A DNA stretch of 64,000 nt from Octopus sinensis (Eukaryota): the NCBI RefSeq assembly GCF_006345805.1, contig NC_042998.1:91946001-92010000 (forward strand), read 5' to 3'. Below are positions 54,291 through 64,000 of this stretch, in pieces. Position 1 is the first letter of the stretch. Every line of letters begins with the position of its first letter. The notes beneath the pieces were generated by a model. That model saw nothing but the letters and a program-made list of their open reading frames with translations, had not been told where the DNA came from and ran no database searches. The position numbers and the translations under genes are program-made.

Positions 54291-57200
54291 AAATTATGTT
54301 TCTCTAAAAATATGTTTAATGATAGAGTGGTATTTCAGATGAATTACTGCCTATACCTTGATGAAGAATGTAGATATTTTTATGTTCCTATTTCAAATCA
54401 GATCATTTTGCTTCTCTGGCTAAAAGCTAGACATTGTTATGATACATGTTAAGTTGCCAACAAACTGTCAACGAAATTTTAATGTTTCTTCAAATCTGTT
54501 CTTCTCTGATAGAGTTTTAGGAATCAGATTCTCAATGTTTTATCAGAAAATAGTCTTTTTTGCATAATGGCTAGTTAATGATTCTTTTACAGTTATCGTT
54601 TCCAGTATTATTACCACCAGCAGGAAATAACGTCATGTTTAAGTTCTGATTAAATATAAAGACACTATTTACTGGTGTATAACATTATAAAAGTACAGTT
54701 ATTAGGTATGTAGTGCTTCTAGATTTCACATCTTTCATTGGATTTTAGCCATCTCCCATATCTGTAGTTTCTAATTATCAGCTATTAAGAATCTTTATTC
54801 AGCAAAATAAATGAGGCCAAGCTAACACTTTTATACATAAATTTTCAATCATTTTGTTTTGTTAATAACAAATATTTTAGATTTCCTTAAATGAACAAAT
54901 TACTTTAAAAGATGCTTAATTTTTACCAGTAGGAAGTTAGCAAATTAATTGTATATTTATATGTGTTTGTTATTAAACAAACTAACAGGACATAAATACA
55001 TATATCAAATTCTAGCTAAGAAATATATCATATTTACAAGCTAACTGAATGTCATCAAATATGTGAGATCTTATATCAAGTTACTCATAAAAAAAAAAAA
55101 AAGATATGTAATAGCATATAGTTTCACAACCTATTTTCTAAAGATTTTCTTGAAATTTAATAACTATAACATGGTGTATGATATGAAATCAAAACCACAT
55201 TTTTGCAAGCAGTAAGTTTTAGTATGCATGAAACCTTACATGATTTCTTTTTAGATCTTCCACGATCCTCTTTTGCATTGCTTATTTTGTTTGTAGTTGG
55301 TGTGTTTACCTCGCCACATGTTTGAATGAATTAACTTACATAACATTTATCTCCTATTAATAACACTGATATTCAGTATCATATTACCAACCATCAACAG
55401 CAATTTAGACAAACATTGAATTTTTTCATTTTCTACTTTAAGAAGTAGTCATTTAATGTTAAGGAGAGTTTTATTTTAAGAGAGAGAATTGCAGCAAGCT
55501 GAGTCATAAAAGTGCCTATCTGTCTGTCAAAATTTCTCCTTTATTACCCATCAATAGTCCTGTAGTGTCAATAGCATAAGCATTTAATTCTTACTTTGAT
55601 TGTCTATAAATTGGTAACATGTGCAGGCAAGCTCACCAGTGTAATGAATAAGAGCACTAAAACAGTGGTGAATCTTTCATTAATAGTCTTAAACCTTCCT
55701 TAAGTATACAGGGGAAGAGAAATGCATGCATCAGTAGCTCTATTACCCAAGACACATTTCTCTCATTAATATCCAAGATGTATTTCCTCTTCATTTTCAA
55801 GAAGAAAGAGATAATTATATTTTATCAAAATAACATTGACTGTAATTGAGATGCAGTCATTAATTAAACATTAAAAACACAATTAACTTTAGAAACTTCC
55901 AGACATGTCCTATTTTAAATTAGCCAACAGGAGAGCTTTCCTATCCTCCAAGGAAGACATATTTATGACAACGTTGTTGTTTCTGTACAGAGCTCAAGCT
56001 TCTTAAATATTGAAACCATTTTTATTTATTGCTGCCAAAAATTTCAATTTCATTCATTAAGATACCATCTCAGTTTACAAGAAGAAAGATTTCCCTGTTC
56101 AACAAATGCTATCGAAGATATTTTTATTGAATTTTTTCCTTTTCTCATTTTCTTTCATCAATAGCCTTTTGATTCAATAACTTTATTAATGTTTCATTGT
56201 CAAGTCAAAAAAATATACCATTGCTTTCTCTAATCTTAGTTATCTTTGTCAATCGTAATTCATTTTTATCTCTTAAGAGGTATTTCTTACCTAAAAATAG
56301 ATTGAAGACTACAGTCTAGTTCTAAATCTTGAAACTAGAGTAAAATATTTAATGGTAAGGAGACTGTGAGCTGAAACTTATCTGTAGTATTTTATATCAA
56401 ATTATTAAAATATTGATTTGCTTGTTGCCAGAAATATTTACTTAAAACTAACCTTCTGTAGTTGACTGGTAATGAAGATAATAGAAGTACTCATTGAACT
56501 GTAGAGATATTATTAAAGATAAAAATAAAGGTTCATTTAATAGTTTCTGCAAGCTAAAGTTTAAAAACAAAAAACAATTAACATTAAGAAACTTCGTTAC
56601 TTCAGTTAAACACTTATAGCTTAAACTTAAGTATACCCCATGCATAAATAATGGAATGTGATATGTATTTTGTTATACATTTTTATAGAGATTATGTTAA
56701 AGTGGTTGTTTAGCAAGCTTGTAAATTAAATCAAAATGCACCCACTTGCATTCTGCTAGATTCAGTATATGGATATATGCCTTTGATATGTTGTCACTCA
56801 TAATAGAGTCTGGAAGAATATATTACTTATTATCCAAGTGATCAAAGAATGATAGCTATTGGTAAAAGGACCACTGATGTTGTAAAATATGTAACCTTAT
56901 TTCTATGCAAAGTAACCCTTTTTAGAATGGTATTAAAATCAATGCACAACAATGTAATCTGTTAAAGACATGAAGCTACTGGGTTATTTTTCCATGAATA
57001 AATGAATGCATAATTACTTCATTTAAATAAATAACCTTAGAAATGTCCATAGTCTTAAAGATTACAAAAGACTGGCTAGGATAGGAAATGTAGACTATTT
57101 TTTGTCTTGCAGTAAAACTAAAGATTTGGTATAAGTTAGAGAATATTGATAAATATGTGAATATAGTTCATAAAAGGAATAAAATTAATAGAATCTTGGA

Positions 57201-58335
57201 ATATTTTCCTAATATGTAATCAACTTAAGGAAAATTTTCATTAACAAATAAATTCTGCCACTTCTTTCTTGATAGTGTTAATGCAATCACCTAAGGGTGA
57301 GTGTTGTACTGTATCTTATGGTATCTGATAAATAACCAATAGCTTTACTGTAGAAAAGTTTCATGATAAAACAGTTATTCTACTGTAGTATGTCTAATTA
57401 AAAGGTTTCAAAATAATTTTAAGTGGTTTCAATTTTAATTTTAGGATTGGTAAAACAAAATTCTTACAAACTTTATTGCTAAAAAATTATGAAGAAGCAT
57501 TAAATATGTAACTGACATACAAATTGTAAGTGCATCTCCTGAAGTGATTAGTCTCATTCTGTATCTTTTATTCTGTTACAAAGTTCTAACATAACAATCA
57601 CATTAAGATGTTAGTACAGACTTCATGTTCTTTCATTTACATGAATCACTATAATTTGTTTTTTTCTTAGGCTATTCAAAACAGAATACAAAAGCCATTA
57701 TTCTATATATATGTCTTATTTCAACTTGTAATAACAGAGAAAAAATAGATACTAAAATTTTGCTGCTTCTGTAGACTGGTTTTATTTCTATATAAATTTC
57801 TAAGGCTAGCTTCAAATATATTCTTATTTTCCTTTGTATTTTATATTTATTCAAGATTTTCAGAAAGTTTCAAGTGATCTATGCAGGTGATTTGTGAGTT
57901 CTCTATGGTTTGTTCACTTCACTAGAATATAATCAACACTTTTTCATAATACTAAGCTTGTCTATATTCTGTAATGACACAGCATTTAACTGAAGGTTTA
58001 ATTCAAGTTATTATTATTACATGCCTCCACCATCAGGTCCCTTATCCTGGTGCAATGAGCATGTTAATCATTTCAACAACATTCATTTCAGTGTGTTCCT
58101 CAGCACTGATTTGCACTCACATATATTTGAGGAGTCTATTTGATACTGAACACTTGACACTTACTTATGTTAGAATATCTCTCTCATAATTTATATTAGA
58201 ATTCTACTTAAATTTATAGAATAAATCTATATCAATGAAGATGCATTTAAAGGCAGAATATTAATCAAGATCAATAATATGTTAGAGTCAACCTTTTTTG
58301 TTTAAATAATGAAGGAAAATACATACACATACACA

Positions 58336-58378
<43 letters not shown>

Positions 58379-58657
58379 TTGTGTGTTTGTATATAATATG
58401 TGAGCAAGGTTTCTTTCCTGCAGTTTCATTTTAAGTTCCTCAATTGTATATTTTAGTCAGGATTAAATTTAATAGTAGTTCTGTCAATTCTTTTTTTTTA
58501 AATTCTACTTCATTGCTACTTATGTTCTGGCACTAAATTGGTTTTAGAATGCACAGTTATCACTTAAGTGAATCACCATCAATAAATTTGGAGGCACTAG
58601 AATTTTCTGCACTTTTCTGCACAGTTAAGCATTCAAAAAAATTATTTTGCTCATATA

Positions 58658-58717
<60 letters not shown>

Positions 58718-59881
58718 ATGTATGTATGTATGTATGTATGTATGTATGTATGTATATATGTATGTATGTATACACACACACACACACATATATATATATG
58801 TCTGTATCTCTCTCTCTCTTCCTGTATATATACATATATATATATGTGTGTGTGTGTGTGTATGTGTGTGTGTGTGTATGTGTTTGTATGTATGTATGTA
58901 TGTATGTATTTATGTATATATATATATATGTATGCATACATACCCATTGACATTAGGATTTATTTCCACATGTAATGCACCTGCTTCACTTTCTTATATT
59001 CACTTTATTGAATCAATGCTTTTTACAGCAGTTCAATCACCATTTCTAAACAAGTTGTTACTCTCTACAACTGTTATTCTCTTCGTTTGATATTCTCTTC
59101 AACTGTTACCTGTCTAGACACAATGTTGGTGAAAATTCACCCATATCTCCCTTATATTGCTCCAACTTAACTGACATCAGCTTTTAAGTTGTTAAATGTG
59201 GCTTCTTATTTTAAGATGCCTTGAGTGCAGATCTTTGGTTACATCTCTTGTCCACTTGCTTCTGGATGGTTTTACTCATTTGAATGGGCTGTTTGCATTG
59301 CCAAGCCACCATCGGTTGAGTGGCTGCATAAATTATGCTTGCTAATATTACTACCATTATTACAACAACAACTACTACTATTACTACCACTACTACTACT
59401 ACTTCTGCTACAAGTACTGTTGCTGCTGCTGCTGCCACTGCATAAGAAGTAGCTGTGATCTAGTATGCTTATGGTAAGTAACCAACATAATTTATTTTAT
59501 TACTTTTGTTTGTTCTTTGAAAGAATAATAATGCCTTTTTAAATTAAGTTGTTTTACATTAGTTTATTTCTGTATATTTATTTGCCATAAAAGTTCTAAA
59601 TTTAAATATTTCAATTTTTGTCTTATTAAATGCTTGTAATAATTTTCAGCTAATTTCTTTTTTGTTGCTATTTATTATAACTGTTAGCTTTCCTTTGACA
59701 TTCAACTTATAAGGGAATATTAAAAGGTTAAATTTTCTTATTTAAAAAAATTTTTGTGACTCATATCTGTAGAAAATAAACAAATATTTTCCAGATATAT
59801 TGCAGTATAAAAGGAAATAATATTGTTTAAAACATTTCCAGTAAAAACAAGATTCTCATTCAAAAAATCTGTTTCTGTAAG

Positions 59882-60061
59882 AAGTGGCATAGCATGGGTT
59901 GCCAGTGCCTAGGACATAACACACATTGCAGGGAAAATGCACTATTTTGTTTTATTTATTATTACTACTTTATTTTTTCTTTCTTTTGAAAGTTTTACAT
60001 CCCTGAGAATTTGGCAACCAGGGCAACTACTCCTGTCGTTCCTACCCATGCTATGCCACTG
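59882..60061. mobile_element. MITE with about 18-bp TIRs (hAT-like CAGTGGC end)
   Basis: agtggcatagcatgggt ... acccatgctatgccactg; no TSD retained. Confidence 0.65.
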
Positions 60062-61364
60062 ACAACAAAGCGACATTAAAAATTATCTTTATTTCAAAAT
60101 ATGTTAACATTACATTAAACAATAACCATAATATTTAACAGTTTTCACTATATTTTCATAAATTGAAACCAATGAAAATTATTGAGTACAATTTAATACT
60201 TCATTTTTTTTTTAATTAGCTAAACGATTTAATACTAACTTAAAAACACATTCATTAAAAGCTAACTTTGTTTTGTTTTTATTTTAAAGTTAAAACAATA
60301 ATTCTAAACCTCAGTTTTCTTTTTAATCTTTTAAAACTCCATCACTGATATTTGTTGTTTTCAGCATATCAGTATCCCAGAATTTAATATTACTTTTCAT
60401 AAAAGTCTAGGTATAATTATTTAAAATTTAATTTTAATACTTGTAAGTTAAAGTTTTTATCTAAATTCATCATAAGTTTCAAGATAATTAAGCTACGCCT
60501 AATTAAGATTTAAATTGACATAAATAACTCCTGCAAATACATGCAAATGAATATGATTAAAATATAGGATTTGAATGGCTACTTCTTACATGCAAAACTT
60601 CTATGCATTCATAATTTAGAATTTCTTTTAGAGTAATTTTGTTTACAGTTCTTTCTTATGACAAAAAAAAAATCTACAATAAAAACAACTGCTTCATATA
60701 CAGGCAAAGGAACAGTCAGTTATTGTAAAGCCATAATGGTTTTGATAACAATCAAGATATTTATAAATAATACTATATGTGCGATACAAGTAATGGATGC
60801 AGAGAAGAGACAGTAGAACTTTTTTCAGGCTGACAAAGAACTACAACTTCAGTTGTGATAGATGAACAAGAACAGTTAGTATGAAAGGAACAGTTTGAAA
60901 ATGAATGCCATCAATTTCTCAGGGGTGTACTAGACATAGTTGATAGTTTATACCTACATGACTTAATTAGTTCCTGGCTTGGATGTGAAAAAGTATAGTT
61001 GATTGTGAAAAAGCATACTAAGGAAATAAAGGGAGGAGTTTTGGGAGTTTTTACTTCTGTTGACAACCAAAGGATTTTTTCTTCATAAGAAAGGCAAACT
61101 TTTTTTAAACGTGCAAGAAATGTAACAGTATATACCAGTGAGACAGACATTGAACCTACAAGATCTGTGAAAGTTGAGGTGTGATTATGATCTGTCAGAT
61201 AACATAAACAAGCAAAGAGGAAAAAAACCCAGCTTGTAGGTATTAAAGATCTAGCCACTGTACATATAAGAAATGGCTGTATTAGTAGGGACAGGAAATA
61301 TTAATGAGCATATTAATGGATAAAAATGTGTTGATTTCTTTTGAGTCAGAACCTATGGAAGAAC

Positions 61365-61645
61365 TGACACTCTGTCAGTTATGACAATGTGTATTCAATT
61401 TAATCCAATCAATGGAACAACCTGCTCATGAAAATAATGTGCAAGTGGCTGAGAACTCCACAGACATGAATTCCCTTAAAATAATTCTCAGGAAAATTCA
61501 GTGTGACACAGAACATGACAATGCTGGCCCATTGAATTACAGGTACTACTCATTTTTGCTAGCTGAGTGGACTGGAGCAATGTGAAGTGAAACATCTTGC
61601 TGAAGAACACAATGTGCCATCAAGAATAGAACTCACGACCTTAAT
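61365..61645 (-). mobile_element. SINE family C variant
   Basis: Colinear similarity to 35180-35460. Confidence 0.75.
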
Positions 61646-62820
61646 AGGGTAGTGGTGGTTGTGAAGATGGTGGTCATCATCATCATCGTCATCGTCGTCG
61701 TCGCAGTGGTCATTGTTGTTGTTGTTGTGGTGATGGTGCTGGTGCTGGTGCTGGAACTGGTGGTGCTGGTGGTGATGAGGATAGACTAGTTTGCATTGAT
61801 AAAATTCCTGAGAATACTTCCCATTGATGAGAACTTTCTTGCAAAGAAAATCTCTGCTGGAACACTTCCAACTATGGAGAACAAAGAATCATAGAGCAAG
61901 ACAATTGAAAATTTCCAGAAGTAGCAGGAGGGTAGTGCTATTGTTGTAGTGTATCAGATATACTGTTATCTTGTCTTTACCCATGGCTTTATCAAAATGT
62001 ATTCATTTACTGATAGATTTGATTTTCTTTGTGGTTAAGAATTAAATGAGTCTAGATGACCATTTCTGGATTTTTATAATTTAATTACAGACATAGGAGA
62101 AACTCTTAAATTTAATTCATAATAAAATTGTTTGTGTTGTACTTAGCAGGGGGCTTAATAACATTTCATCATATATTGTGGAATATAAGTAAACATTCCT
62201 ATAATGACAAAATCCTTCTGAAAATTGCATGTTATCAACAAATGATGAGAAATCATAAAATAATTTCCTCAGTTAAAGCTTGATGTACAACTAAATATAT
62301 AAACTGTCAAAAGGTGGAGTTATACTATTGATCGAAGTTGAAAGCAAACAGTTATTTTTCAACTTTTAATGCTTGTTTTTTTTTTCTTTATTGTTACTTT
62401 TCTTTATTTCTACACTTGTTATCTTATTTGCAGTATTATAATTGCTTGGAAAATGTTTTGCCTTCAGTTTGCTTTCTAAGTCATCTGCATGAAGTCCTGT
62501 TGTGTTTACCATTTATTTTATCGTTATTTTTTTTTTAGTTTTGGTTCACTAAAACTACTGTTTATTTCAGTAAAATATAATTTTGGTAAACTTCTGACAT
62601 TATTAAAATCAATTGTCATTAATTTAAAAATGACTAAATTCCCATCTTTAAAATTCTTCTTCAATTTTGTATTGAATCAACTGTAGTTTTCAGTGAATGT
62701 TATTTCTATTAATGTGTTTATTCATTTAATATTCTATTAACTTTTCTGATTATTTTTCTATTTGCTTCAATCAAAATTGGTATGTTTCAGAAATATAATT
62801 TTATTTTAGCCAAAACTTAA

Positions 62821-62855
<35 letters not shown>

Positions 62856-63103
62856 AAGAAGACTAGCACACACACACTCACACACTTACACACATGTAAG
62901 TGTGTAAGTGCACACACACACACATGTATGTATATGGAATGTATAAATATCTCAAGTCATTACTTTCAATAACATCTAGCTAACTAAAATTTAATTGTAT
63001 AAAAAATTATTTAAATTTTAACTCTACTGCTAATGTATTTTAACCTCTCACTACATCCAGTTTATATATGTATATTTGTAAGTGCACATACATACATCAT
63101 ACA

Positions 63104-63134
<31 letters not shown>

Positions 63135-64000
63135 GTGTATATATATGTGTGTATATATGTGTGTGTGTATATATATATATACACAAAAACTTAATAAATA
63201 TTTATATAGTTAACAAAATCAAAAATTATCATATAATGGATACTCACATTGTAACACTCATATCAATCAGCATATTTGTTTGCATTAATGTTATAGTGGA
63301 CCAAAAATAGATATGTTTGAAGTTTCCTATAGAGCTTCATAAATTTCATCCTAACATCATATTTTGCAAGGAAATATGTGCAATATTTTATTACATTTAA
63401 AGCATTATTTACTATACAAAATGTTTCACTTCTATAATTTCTTTGCATAATTTTCTGGTAATAATAGTAGATTTCTAGCAAATATAACAGCTGAGTCATG
63501 AGAAAATTCCACTCCTTATACAAACTGAAAAACAAACCAATATGCTTACTCCTTTATTGTTGGCTTGTAGAAAGGAAAATCTGCTTAGTGTGATCATACA
63601 CAGCATGCAATTTTCAACCTGAATTAAAATAACTATAAAATGCTTATAGATAATTAATTTACAAATGTATGATTTATGATTATGTCAGTTTGTTTGTAAA
63701 ACTTTAAACATGCTTTAAAAAATTTCTCTAGCCACTAATTTTGCTCTACCAATTATCTATTTCTCAATCAACTACAAGTCCTGAGGATCATAGATATTTT
63801 CTAATGATGAAAGTGATTTGGATCTCAGAGTAATGGATATTCTTTATTTTTTTGATGATTGTTGTTATTTTGGACATACATATTTGTATGAAACTCTTCA
63901 TATTTTATTTCATATTCTTTTATTCTCTTAGACATCATCATCACCATCATCATAATCCACAGATAATCTTCGTCATCATTATTAAAAGGATTTCATATTT

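Noticed and set aside
56291-56300. MEF2 consensus CTAAAAATAG (also 31568 and 52660)
   Set aside because: Several matches are expected by chance in 64 kb of DNA this AT-rich, and they are not clustered.
60780-62060. Purine-rich stretches with few stops and a faint YLDFSKAF-like echo near 61965
   Set aside because: Too degraded to assign; a tBLASTn or HMM search against RT profiles would be needed.

Overview
AT-rich, microsatellite-dense animal genomic DNA, not prokaryotic. The repeat families look like those of a coleoid cephalopod such as Octopus (my recognition, no database search). The + strand carries the middle of one large intron-rich gene encoding tandem I-set immunoglobulin domains (titin/obscurin-UNC-89/twitchin-like). 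I joined 10 exons in frame by hand from 93 to 22020, and the frame continues to exon 39561-39918. I found no downstream partner exon in the remaining 24 kb. The introns hold a decayed CR1/Jockey-group LINE (5256-8998), RTE LINE 3' ends (one with a tandemly amplified UTR), a DD37D Tc1/mariner relic, a second degraded LINE, a Penelope-like fragment, several SINE families, MITEs and a 1.16 kb tandem duplication. The most notable observations are: (1) six minimal type I hammerhead-ribozyme-like motifs from three families, linked to Penelope-type or (AT)n-associated elements and foldbacks; (2) two adjacent, nested perfect inverted repeats of 14 and 18 bp spanning 2-3 kb of intron around a candidate microexon; (3) a 39-nt cassette exon followed by clustered RBFOX and QKI motifs; (4) one SINE head joined to two different tails, each resembling a LINE present in this window. 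Almost all ORFs in the supplied track are microsatellite artefacts.
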